Part shown: positions 39,872-48,665 of the stretch, one piece after another
Position numbering within the stretch: position 1 is the first letter of the stretch
How the letters are laid out: each line of letters begins with the position of its first letter
NCBI GenBank assembly: GCA_037481835.1
Contig: JBBFKW010000004.1
Span: forward strand, 78,569-142,568
From: Desulfosoma sp.
Lineage (GTDB): Bacteria; Desulfobacterota; Syntrophobacteria; Syntrophobacterales; DSM-9756
Direction: 5' to 3'
Length of the DNA: 64,000 nt
Position numbers and translations under genes: made by a program
The notes under the pieces: model-generated
Seen by the model: only the letters and a program-made list of their open reading frames with translations
What the model was told of the DNA's origin: nothing
Database searches by the model: none

Positions 39872-40123
39872 ACCCCCAATACCACCAAAGAGCCCCTCTC
39901 CCCCCGAAGACGGCCCTTCCCCCACGGCTCTGGCCCCATGCCTGAAAGAATGCAAGGACCCTACACACTATGCAATGCCTTGCACACTTTTTGAGCTTTT
40001 TTTGCACACCTTCGCCAGCCCGGCCGCACGGCACGCAAGCCACCCAATCAAAACCGATTGCCAAGTCATCGCTTTTTCAGCGCTTTTTTGCGCCTTGGCG
40101 GCGCTCCCTCCGATTCTTCCACG

Positions 40124-40139
40124 TGGCATACGGCTTGCT
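40124..40139 (+). promoter_or_regulatory. Sigma54 (-24/-12) promoter
   Basis: TGGCATACGGCTTGCT with the GG and GC 12 nt apart, about 90 nt upstream of the PEP-CTERM gene. Confidence 0.75.
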
Positions 40140-40226
40140 CCAATTGGAGACACCAAGGTACGGGCGGCACGCGTTCTTCGGGGGCGGCCATGGCGGGATA
40201 TCCCTTGAGGTGAAGGAGCATTTGTT

Positions 40227-41132
40227 ATGAAACGACCCATTCTTCTTTCGGTTCTTGCGGCGGCGTTCATCCTTGCGGCGGTTCCTTTCCCCGCCCAGGC
40301 GACCCCAATCACGGTAGGGTTCGGGGACAATTCGAAATACTGGCCCGGGTGGGTAAGTCCTGACAACAACGACAACGGAGAGGATGTTATTGGAGAAGAC
40401 CGAGGTATACCACACATCACAGGTGGAACCGCCACAATTGAAGATAATAGTCATCTGAAAAGCATAGTTATCAACTTTGCCCAATGGGATTCTAATACTG
40501 TCCCAACCTATAATAAACTTGCACCCAGCGATCTTTTTCTCAGCGTGGATAACGATACTAACTGGGAATATGTTGTCTATTACGACTCCGCCGACAAAAG
40601 ACCGGTTACCGGGAATCCACCTCGTCCAACCACTCCAACTGTTCCAAACACCTGGAACTTGTACTCCTTTTCTGGAACAGGATTAGATCTGAATGACAAA
40701 TCGGGAGTCTACCTTGATTCGGGCAACGACCCCTTTTCTTCTGGAAGTTACTGGTATGGCTACAGAATACGCGACAACCATCCCATCGGGCTTATCGGGA
40801 CTCCTACGTCTGGTTTTTTAGGTAAAGTCGATGTTAACGGCTGGGGAACGACAAATTTAACCTTTAGTTTCGGGGATCTTTTAAAGCTAACTCCTGTTTC
40901 TTCAAATAATGAATCCGATTCTTACAAGCTGACCATCGGCTTTACGGTAAACTGCGCCAACGACGTCCTTTATGAAACTCTTGAATGGGAGGTCAAACGT
41001 TCAATCCCACCCCAGCAGCACGTTCCCGAACCGGCGTCCATGCTGCTCATGGGCACGGGCTTGGTGGGGCTTGCGGGTTACGTGAGGGCCCGCGGCCGAA
41101 ACAAACGGAAGGAATCGCCTGACAAGGCGTAA
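40227..41132 (+). CDS. PEP-CTERM sorting-domain surface protein
   Basis: Signal peptide ...AQA; C-terminal VPEPASMLLMGTGLVGLAG followed by a basic tail; AAGGAG RBS. Confidence 0.93.
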   Translation: MKRPILLSVLAAAFILAAVPFPAQATPITVGFGDNSKYWPGWVSPDNNDNGEDVIGEDRGIPHITGGTATIEDNSHLKSIVINFAQWDSNTVPTYNKLAPSDLFLSVDNDTNWEYVVYYDSADKRPVTGNPPRPTTPTVPNTWNLYSFSGTGLDLNDKSGVYLDSGNDPFSSGSYWYGYRIRDNHPIGLIGTPTSGFLGKVDVNGWGTTNLTFSFGDLLKLTPVSSNNESDSYKLTIGFTVNCANDVLYETLEWEVKRSIPPQQHVPEPASMLLMGTGLVGLAGYVRARGRNKRKESPDKA

Positions 41133-41156
41133 TCCTCTCAATGGCCACCTTGAGCC

Positions 41157-41200
41157 AACCCCGGCCGGCGGGAATCCCCCCGGCCGGGGTTTTGCTTTTC
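41157..41200 (+). terminator. Rho-independent terminator
   Basis: AACCCCGGCCGG...CCGGCCGGGGTTTTGCTTTT. Confidence 0.75.
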
Positions 41201-41275
41201 CGGAAAGCATCGATCCCGGCGGCGTGGGCGAACCGAAAGGTCGGCCCCGGAATTGCCGCACTGGGCGGGCGGCGG

Positions 41276-42862
41276 TCAGGCACCGAGGATGGGCCGGATG
41301 GGGACTTTGCCGGCCAGGAAGGCCTTGACGGCGCTGATGGGCACTTCCCTTCGGTGGAAGATGCCTGCGGCCAGGGCCGATTCCGCCCGCGTTCGCGTGA
41401 AGACTTCCAGGAAGTGTTCCGCGCAGCCGGCGCCGCTGGAAGCGATCACCGGAATGCTCACGGCGTCTTTGACGGCGTTGATGAGTTCCAGGTCGAATCC
41501 GGCGTTGGTGCCGTCCCGGTCGATGCAATTGAGAAGAATTTCCCCCGCGCCCAGCTCCTGGCACACCAGCGCCAGGGTCACGGCGTCCACGGGCCGGCCT
41601 TCCCGGCCTCCTTTGACGGTGCACTGGTACCAGCACCAGCGTTCGCCGTTCGGCCCGGGATAGGCGGTTTCCAGGACCCGGTGCGGCACGGCCTGGGGAC
41701 TCGGCACGTAGACCCTTCGCGGGTCGATGGAAATGACCACGGCCTGGCTGCCGTAAACCCGGGAAATCGTCTCGACGGCGCTGTGCCCGCTCTTCTTTCC
41801 CGTGCGGAGCACCTCTTCCACGATGCGCACGGCGTCGCTTCCGATGGAAATCTTGTCAGCCCCGGAACGGAAATATTCTGAAGCCACTTCCAGGGCGGTG
41901 TAAGCCGTCCCGTCTTGGTCCACGTAGTCCCGGATGCCGCCGCCGATGGTCAGGGGAACGAAGACGTTTTCCGACGTCCGGCGAAGCACTTCCAGCATGG
42001 GCAAGTCTTTCAAGGGAAAATCGCGAAAGCCCGTGATGTTGAGAAAGGTGATTTCATCGGCCCCTTCTTCGTAGTAGCGCCGGGCGAGCTCCACGGGCTT
42101 TCCCAGATTGCGCACCGTCCCCCTTTCCCGAACGTCGTAGCGGTCGCCCTTGGTCACCACAAGGTCGCCCTGATCGTTGGTGCGCACATCCAGGCAGGCG
42201 ATGATGCGCTTGGCCAGTTCCGTCTTGGAAGGCGTTCGAGGCGGCCGAACGGGCGGGGCATCCATGCCTTCGAGAAAATTCTTCAGGATCGCCAGCCCCG
42301 TGGGGCCGCTTTTTTCGGGGTGGAACTGGACCGCCGCCACCCGCCCCTTCTGGACGGCGCTCACGAATTCCAGACCGTAGTCCGTGGTCGTGAGCACCAC
42401 CGACGGATCTTCCGGGACCACGTGGAAGGAATGGACGAAGTAGACCTTTTCGTCGCCTTCCAGGCCTCCAAAGAGCGCCGACGGTTTCTGCGGCTTGATG
42501 CCGTTCCAGCCGATGTGCGGCACGGCCAGATCCACCCGAAACCGGCGGACCGTCCCTTCGAGGAACCCGATCCCGTCTTCGCCGGGAGCCTCCTCGCTTC
42601 CCTGGAAAAGGGCCTGCAGCCCCAGGCAGATACCCAGGAAAGGCCGGTCCGCCTCCAGATAGCGGCGAAGGGGTTCCACGAAGCCTCGACGGCGAAGGAC
42701 GCGCATCATTTCTCCGAACGCCCCCACGCCGGGGAAAATGAGCCTTTCCGCCGAAAGGATATCTTCCGGGCGGGTGACGAACCGCACCGTATAGCCGAGG
42801 CGCTGCACGGCATTGACGACGCTCCGCACGTTTCCGGCTCCGTAGTCGAGCACAGTCACCAT
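41276..42862 (-). CDS. hisF: Fused imidazole-glycerol-phosphate synthase HisH-HisF
   Basis: DYGAGN, GICLG, QFHPEKS (HisH); then RIIACLDV, NLGKPV, GADEITFL, GGGIR, IDRDGT (HisF), all in one 528-aa ORF. Confidence 0.93.
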   Translation of the reverse strand: MVTVLDYGAGNVRSVVNAVQRLGYTVRFVTRPEDILSAERLIFPGVGAFGEMMRVLRRRGFVEPLRRYLEADRPFLGICLGLQALFQGSEEAPGEDGIGFLEGTVRRFRVDLAVPHIGWNGIKPQKPSALFGGLEGDEKVYFVHSFHVVPEDPSVVLTTTDYGLEFVSAVQKGRVAAVQFHPEKSGPTGLAILKNFLEGMDAPPVRPPRTPSKTELAKRIIACLDVRTNDQGDLVVTKGDRYDVRERGTVRNLGKPVELARRYYEEGADEITFLNITGFRDFPLKDLPMLEVLRRTSENVFVPLTIGGGIRDYVDQDGTAYTALEVASEYFRSGADKISIGSDAVRIVEEVLRTGKKSGHSAVETISRVYGSQAVVISIDPRRVYVPSPQAVPHRVLETAYPGPNGERWCWYQCTVKGGREGRPVDAVTLALVCQELGAGEILLNCIDRDGTNAGFDLELINAVKDAVSIPVIASSGAGCAEHFLEVFTRTRAESALAAGIFHRREVPISAVKAFLAGKVPIRPILGA

Positions 42863-42878
42863 GAAGGGAAAGCCTCCT

Positions 42879-44426
42879 TTAGGGGTGGATCATCGGCATG
42901 AGCGCTTGAGGCCGGTCCGTGATGACGGCCGAAACGCCCCATGCCTTGAGCTGCTTCAGCCTTTCGGGATCATTGACCGTCCAGGCGATCAGGGGAATGC
43001 CCGCCGCCTGGCATCGGCGGACGAGGGCTTCGGATATTTTTCCGTCCGCGGGGTGCAGGGTATCGGCGTTCACGGCGCGGATCAAGGCCTCCGGATCGTC
43101 GATGGTTTCCTGCGTCAAGACGCCCGTGAGGATCCGCGGGTCCAGGCTCTTGAGTCGGCGAAGGACGTCGTGGTGAAAGGACGAGACGAGAACCCATGCG
43201 TGCATCTCGAGATCGGAGATGAGCCTTGCGGTTTCTCGGACGAGGCGGTCGTGGTGGTCGGGGTGCCCCTTGATCTCCACATTGACCGGCCAGTTCAGAG
43301 CCCGGGTGAATAATAGGGCCTCGCGCAGGGTGGGGATGCGGGCGGGGGGAGGGGGGGCGTTTTCACCCCTCACCCCGGCCCTCTCCCCTAAAGGGGAGAG
43401 GGGGGACGGGACGGATCTCTCCCCTAAAGGGGAGAGGGAGGACCGGATGGATGTCTCCCGGAAAGGGGAGAGGGAGGACGGGGGGCTTGTCTCCCCTGCA
43501 AGGGACAGGGAGCATTGGGGAAGTGTCTCCCTTAACAGGGACAAGGGGTAGTGGCACTGTGTCGTCCTTGCATGGGAAAGGGAGCGCCGGGGATGGGCAT
43601 CCCTCGGAGGGGCGGTAAATGCCAGGGCCTCGCGCAGGGTGGGGATGCGGGCGGGGGAAGGGGGGGCGTTTTCACCCCTCACCCCGGCCCTCTCCCCTGA
43701 AGGGGAGAGGGGGTCCTGGATGGATCTCTCCCCGAAAGGGGAGAGGGGGTCCTGGATGGTTCTCTCGCCTAATGGTGAGAGGGGGGACGGGATGGATGTC
43801 TCACCTAAAGGGGAGAGGGAGGACGGGGGGCTTGTCTCCCCTAAGGGGGAGAGGAAGAATTGGCGGAGTGTCTCGCCCAAAGGAGAGAGGGAACACTGGG
43901 GCAATGTGTCCCCTAAAGGCGAGAGGAAGAATTGGCGGAGTATCTCGCCTAAAAGGGTAAGGGAGAAGTGGGGGAGTGTCTCCCCTAAGGGGGGCAGGGA
44001 GCGCTGGGGGAGTTTCTCCCGTAAGGGAAAGAGGGAGGAGTGGCGGAGTGTCTCCCTTAGAGGGGAGGGGGCGCAGTGGGGCTGTGTCGGCCTTGCCTGG
44101 GAAAGGGAGCGCCGGGGATGGGCATCCCTCGGGGAGGCGAGGGGGCGGAGCGGCCGGATTTCTTCCCACAGGAAATCCCGAACGCGCCACGGCTTCCGAT
44201 CCGGATAGAGCTCGGCGGCGTCGGTCGTTCTTTCCAAGGTGTCGTCGTGGATCACCACGGGGATGTCGTCCTTGGAAAGCTGCACGTCCAGTTCCCAGAA
44301 ATGGGCCCCGGTCAAGTACCCCAGGGCGGCCGTTTCCAGAGTGTTTTCAGGGCCCAGGTCCCGGCCCCCCCTGTGCGCCCCCACCCAGAAAACCCCTCCG
44401 GCTCTAAGATCCGCCCATCGCTTCAT
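42879..44426 (-). CDS. Glycerophosphodiester phosphodiesterase-family protein carrying a large in-frame repeat insertion
   Basis: AHRGG, PENT, ELDV, HDDTLERTT, IPTLRE, NVEIK, SSF, WTVN, VITDRP; ATGA overlap with the upstream gene. Confidence 0.85.
   Translation of the reverse strand: MKRWADLRAGGVFWVGAHRGGRDLGPENTLETAALGYLTGAHFWELDVQLSKDDIPVVIHDDTLERTTDAAELYPDRKPWRVRDFLWEEIRPLRPLASPRDAHPRRSLSQARPTQPHCAPSPLRETLRHSSLFPLREKLPQRSLPPLGETLPHFSLTLLGEILRQFFLSPLGDTLPQCSLSPLGETLRQFFLSPLGETSPPSSLSPLGETSIPSPLSPLGERTIQDPLSPFGERSIQDPLSPSGERAGVRGENAPPSPARIPTLREALAFTAPPRDAHPRRSLSHARTTQCHYPLSLLRETLPQCSLSLAGETSPPSSLSPFRETSIRSSLSPLGERSVPSPLSPLGERAGVRGENAPPPPARIPTLREALLFTRALNWPVNVEIKGHPDHHDRLVRETARLISDLEMHAWVLVSSFHHDVLRRLKSLDPRILTGVLTQETIDDPEALIRAVNADTLHPADGKISEALVRRCQAAGIPLIAWTVNDPERLKQLKAWGVSAVITDRPQALMPMIHP
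43366..44121. repeat. Two tandem arrays (6 and 12 units) of 36-bp palindrome-plus-linker units
   Basis: Core about CTCTCCCCTAAAGGGGAGAG at 43381+36n (n=0-5) and 43690+36n (n=0-11). Confidence 0.92.
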
Positions 44427-45424
44427 GGGCCTCCTCTGTCCGGGTGCGGCTCCCGGAGCCGTTCCAGCAGGGCGCACACGCTGCAGCGGGTCCCGTAACA
44501 GGGTTCGCCGCACCGGTCGCACGTGCCGAAATCATCCACAACTTTCGGGGCCGACCTCGCATCCAGGTAGGCGAAAAGAAAGTCCCTCTTGGTTCCCGGC
44601 ATTTTGCCTTCCAGCATGTCCAGGGCTTCTTTGAACATGTGGCTTGTGGCGCCGCGGGACAGAGGGCAGGCTCCTTCCACGTAAGCAATCCCTTCCACCC
44701 GGCAGTAGGTGCGGATTTCGTCGGCCGAAACGCGATAGAGCGGCTTGATTTTTTCCGGGAGCTTCGGATGGACGGACGGCAGATAGGGAGATTGCTTTTC
44801 GATGTATTCCCGTCGGTTTCGCACGAGGTTTCCCAGAAGCCTTCCGGCTTCGTCGTCCAGGTTGTGGCCCGTGGCGATCACGCGCAGCCCCTCGCGGATG
44901 GTGAGGCGGTTCAGGAGGCGGCGCTTGATCATGCCGCACACGGAACAGATGGGACGCCGGATGCGCCGCCGAATCTCGGGGATGGAGAAGCCCAGCAGGT
45001 CCCGGAGGGAATAGCTCACCCACGGGAGGTTCCGTGCCTCGGCAAAGGCGGCGATGGCGTCCTGCGACGCATCGGAAAAGGCCGGGATGCCGAGATTCAG
45101 GTGGACACCCCGGGTGCGGTAGCCCAAATCCTGCAAAACGGCCCAGGCGGCCAGGGAATCCTTGCCGCCCGAGACGGCCACGAGGATGGGCTCATCGGCC
45201 CTGATGGGAAAATGTTTCATGGCCCGAAGAACCGCCCGGCGAAAGAAAAGAACAAAGCATTCTTCACAGAAATTGGCATGATGGCTGGGCAGGGCGATGA
45301 CGGCCCGCTTTCGGCATCGCGTGCACTTGGCCGTTTCGGGAAGAAGCCTATGTTCGTGGGGCAGCGTCCTGGGTCCTCGAAAAACGTTCCCCGGAGCCGT
45401 CCCTTCGGGTCGGTTGGCGTCCAT
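44423..45424 (-). CDS. ttuA: TtuA/Ncs6-like tRNA thiolation PP-loop protein
   Basis: N-terminal CTRC/CEEC, SGGKDS, CSVC, GHNLDDE, KPL, CP, and C-terminal CDRC/CSVC zinc fingers. Confidence 0.8.
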   Translation of the reverse strand: MDANRPEGTAPGNVFRGPRTLPHEHRLLPETAKCTRCRKRAVIALPSHHANFCEECFVLFFRRAVLRAMKHFPIRADEPILVAVSGGKDSLAAWAVLQDLGYRTRGVHLNLGIPAFSDASQDAIAAFAEARNLPWVSYSLRDLLGFSIPEIRRRIRRPICSVCGMIKRRLLNRLTIREGLRVIATGHNLDDEAGRLLGNLVRNRREYIEKQSPYLPSVHPKLPEKIKPLYRVSADEIRTYCRVEGIAYVEGACPLSRGATSHMFKEALDMLEGKMPGTKRDFLFAYLDARSAPKVVDDFGTCDRCGEPCYGTRCSVCALLERLREPHPDRGGP

Positions 45425-45434
45425 GGGCGGTTCT

Positions 45435-46349
45435 CTATTCAAAGGGTTCCGTTTCGATGACAAACGGTGCGGCATCGGTGGAAATATCGCAGGGTTCTTC
45501 CAGGACGCGGCGCATGTACCCCGGCAGGGTGCGGAACCGTTCCAGGAGCTGCGGCGTGTAGGCAAGGAGCCCCTCGATGCCGCGCTCGGCCCCCCGTCGG
45601 GCCAATTCCTTTTCGTCCACTTCCAGGACGTCGTCCATGGAACAAACGGAGAAGGCGAAATCCAGCATGTAGCCCACGATGTAAGCCGCATATTGGCGCC
45701 GATGGGGGAAAACGGCGTCCAGGGTCTTGGTGATGACGTTGTAGGCTTGGGGGAAAAAAAACGGCGAGTCGTTGTGCAGCCCAAGGATCCCTCCGCGGCG
45801 CAACCGGCGGGCGCACAGGGCGTAAAATTCCTTGGTGTAGACGTACTTGGACGGTTCCATGGGGTCGGTGAGGTCCAAGAGAATCACGTCGAAGGATTCG
45901 TCGGTTTCTTCCACGAATCGGCGGCCGTCGCCGATGACGAGCCGGACCCGGGGATCTTCGAACGCCGCCCCGCAGATGCTCCGAAGATGCGCCTTGGCGA
46001 TGTCCACCACTTCCGCGTCCAGTTCCACCATGGTGACGGCGCAAACGGACGGATGTTTCAGAACCTCTTCCAACGTGCCGCCGTCGCCGCCGCCGATGAT
46101 GAGAACGTTCTGCGGTTCGGGGTGCAGCATCATGGCCGGATGCACCAGGGATTCGTGGTAGAAGAATTCATCCTTTTCGGACGTCTGGAACCGGCGGTCC
46201 AGAAACAAGGTCACGCCGAAGTCGGCAATGTCCACGACTTCCACGAGCTGGTAGGGCGTCTTGCGGGTGTGGATCACGCGTTGGACGCGAAACCGGCGGC
46301 CCATGGTGGCGCTGAAGGGTTCGTAGAGCATGGCATCACGTTCGGTCAT
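45435..46349 (-). CDS. speE: Polyamine aminopropyltransferase (spermidine synthase family)
   Basis: DEFFYHESLVHP, IIGGGDGG, VELD, GDGR, DLTDP, YTKEFY. Confidence 0.92.
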   Translation of the reverse strand: MTERDAMLYEPFSATMGRRFRVQRVIHTRKTPYQLVEVVDIADFGVTLFLDRRFQTSEKDEFFYHESLVHPAMMLHPEPQNVLIIGGGDGGTLEEVLKHPSVCAVTMVELDAEVVDIAKAHLRSICGAAFEDPRVRLVIGDGRRFVEETDESFDVILLDLTDPMEPSKYVYTKEFYALCARRLRRGGILGLHNDSPFFFPQAYNVITKTLDAVFPHRRQYAAYIVGYMLDFAFSVCSMDDVLEVDEKELARRGAERGIEGLLAYTPQLLERFRTLPGYMRRVLEEPCDISTDAAPFVIETEPFE

Positions 46350-46469
46350 CGAAGGGGCCTCCTCGGTTGAAATTTTTCGAGCGGTTCACTATAGAGGAAT
46401 CGCTTGGAAATCTCAAACCGGATCGCGGGCACGCCCTTTTTGGCGCAAAGATCCTACGGAGTGGTTCCC

Positions 46470-47348
46470 ATGGATGGGATGCATTACGAAGGGATCATCA
46501 TCCGCCCGCCCAGTGAGGCGGACAGCATCCTTTTGCAGGTCACGGTGGGCTGTTCCCACAACAAGTGCACCTTTTGCGGCACCTACAAAGGGGTGCGGTT
46601 TCGGATCAAGGACCAGGACGTTATCGACCGAGACATCGCCTACGCCGCCCGGAACTTCCCGTTTTTTAGGCGGGTGTTCCTCACGGACGGCGACGCCTTG
46701 ATCCTCCCCCAGGCCCGTCTTGTGGAAATCCTGGATAAGATCCGCCGATCCATGCCGTGGATTCAGCGCGTGGGGCTGTACGGCAACGCCAAGAGCATCC
46801 TCCGGAAAACGCCCGAGGACCTGGAAGCGCTCAAGGACCTGGGCCTGGGCATTGTCTATCTCGGCGTGGAAAGCGGCGATCCCGAAACATTGAAAGCCAT
46901 CCGGAAAGGGGTTTCGAGAGAAAGACTGTTGGAAGCGGGCCGAAGGGTTCGAGACGCGGGGTTGAAGCTTTCCGTGACCGTCCTTCTGGGGATCGCCGGG
47001 CGAGACCGGTCCCTGGACCATGCGCACGCCACGGGATCGCTCCTCACGGCCATGGATCCCCATTACGTCGGCACCCTCACCCTCATGGTCCTTCCCAACA
47101 CCGAACTGGGAGAAAAGGTCCGCCGAGGCCAATTCCCCATCCTCACCCCCAGGGAGCTCCTTCGGGAACTGCGCCACATGCTCGCCCACACGCACATGAC
47201 CCGCGGGCTTTTTCTGTCCAACCACGCCTCCAACTATTTGCCCCTCAAGGTGAAGATGCCCGCGGACAAGGAAAAGGCCCTGGCCGTGATCGATGCGGCC
47301 CTGAACGACCAGGTGCCGCTCAAGCCCGAGTGGATGCGGGCGCTTTAG
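46470..47348 (+). CDS. Radical SAM protein, function unknown
   Basis: YEG..IRPPSEA, GCSHNKCTFC, GVESG, SNHASNY. Confidence 0.88.
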   Translation: MDGMHYEGIIIRPPSEADSILLQVTVGCSHNKCTFCGTYKGVRFRIKDQDVIDRDIAYAARNFPFFRRVFLTDGDALILPQARLVEILDKIRRSMPWIQRVGLYGNAKSILRKTPEDLEALKDLGLGIVYLGVESGDPETLKAIRKGVSRERLLEAGRRVRDAGLKLSVTVLLGIAGRDRSLDHAHATGSLLTAMDPHYVGTLTLMVLPNTELGEKVRRGQFPILTPRELLRELRHMLAHTHMTRGLFLSNHASNYLPLKVKMPADKEKALAVIDAALNDQVPLKPEWMRAL

Positions 47349-47392
47349 GACCGGGCCCGAGAATGCTTTATGCCGCTCTTCCCACGGGCTCC

Positions 47393-47485
47393 CGTCATCC
47401 CAGGGAAAGCGGGAGTCTCTAACGGGCTGTCAATCTGATATTCCCGCTCCCCTTTCAGGCCGGGGACGAGTTTCGCGGGGATGCC
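47393..47485. repeat. Decayed inverted pair of CGTC-type REP-like elements
   Basis: CGTCATCCCAGGGAAAGCGGGAGTC ... ATTCCCGCT[insert]TTTCGCGGGGATGCC. Confidence 0.45.
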
Positions 47486-47506
47486 CCATGGCCATGGAGC
47501 ACTTTT

Positions 47507-47538
47507 TGTTGGGGTTCGCTGCGCTCACCCCAACCTAC
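47507..47538 (-). repeat. GTAG-type REP-like palindrome
   Basis: Reverse complement reads GTAGGTTGGGGTGAGCGCAGCGAACCCCAACA. Confidence 0.8.
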
Positions 47539-47684
47539 ATCCGGACCCGGCGAGACAATGAGCCATGAAAGTCCGGACTTTTCACACTTTGAGCGCACCT
47601 TTGATCCAAACGTGGAAAATGACCTGTTCTCGGACACACGCCCGGTCCCGCGCCTCCCACAGGCGGAGGGCGCTCCGGCGGGGG

Positions 47685-48530
47685 TCAGGTCTGGCCCCAC
47701 TTGAGCTTGGTGCGAAGGATTTCGAAATAGTCGGTGCTCGTGGGCTTGATGAGCTTGAGGGTGTGGGGGGACATGGCGATGGAAATCCTGTCGTTGGGAG
47801 CCAGCCGATGGCCGACCTGGCCGTCGCAGGTCAGGGTGACGTCCTGAGCCTTGTCGTCCAGGTCGACGCGAATCACGGCGGTGGCCGGAAGGATGATGGG
47901 CCGGTTGGTCAGGGTGAAGGGGCAGATGGGGGTGAGGATCACGGCCAAGGCCGTGGGATAGACGATGGGCCCGCCGGCCGAGAGGTTGTAGGCCGTGGAT
48001 CCCGTAGGGGTGGCCACAATGAGGCCGTCGGCACGGTAGTGGGTGAGGTAACACCCGTCGATGTGGGTGTAGAGGTCCACGATGCGGGCGAGGGCCCCCT
48101 TGTTGATGACCACGTCGTTTAAGACCGTCTGGGAAAAGACCTCGCGACCCGCCCTTTCGATGACCACGCGAAGCCGCATGCGCTCTTCGATTTCGTAGGC
48201 ACCGGCCAGCACCTCTTCCAGGTCTTCGAAGCAGCGCTCCCGGCTGATTTCCGTAAGAAACCCCAAGCCCCCAAGGTTCACGCCCACGATGGGGATCTGG
48301 CGGTCTTCCAGCTGGCGGGCCACGCTGAGCAAGGTGCCGTCCCCGCCGAGAACGACGACCGCATCGGCATTCATGGCTGGAGGCGGCGGGGGACAGAAGG
48401 TGCCCGTGTCGTCCATGTTTTCGCGGGCCGAGGCGTCAAAGCCCTTGGATGTGAGCCAGCTCGTGAGCCTTTCGGCCAGCTGCGCCGCTTCGCTTCGCCC
48501 TCTTTTGTAAATGATGAGAATCCGCTGCAT
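47685..48530 (-). CDS. nadK: NAD(+) kinase
   Basis: LGGDGT, NLGGLGFL, LND, DGLIVATPTGSTAYNLSAGG. Confidence 0.95.
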   Translation of the reverse strand: MQRILIIYKRGRSEAAQLAERLTSWLTSKGFDASARENMDDTGTFCPPPPPAMNADAVVVLGGDGTLLSVARQLEDRQIPIVGVNLGGLGFLTEISRERCFEDLEEVLAGAYEIEERMRLRVVIERAGREVFSQTVLNDVVINKGALARIVDLYTHIDGCYLTHYRADGLIVATPTGSTAYNLSAGGPIVYPTALAVILTPICPFTLTNRPIILPATAVIRVDLDDKAQDVTLTCDGQVGHRLAPNDRISIAMSPHTLKLIKPTSTDYFEILRTKLKWGQT

Positions 48531-48665
48531 GAAATTCGAGCCTCGCTCCGTCCCCTACCAGGAGTCTTTTCCAATGAATAATGCGGAAAATCCATTGCCA
48601 AAGGCCTCGAGACAACGTATTGTAAATTTCCCGTCGGTGCAAATGCTTCTTGGGATAAACAACGC

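Noticed and set aside
43366..44121. Array as a CRISPR locus
   Set aside because: Linkers are only 16 bp and related to each other, the cores are degenerate, the array lies in frame in a CDS, and there is no leader or cas gene.
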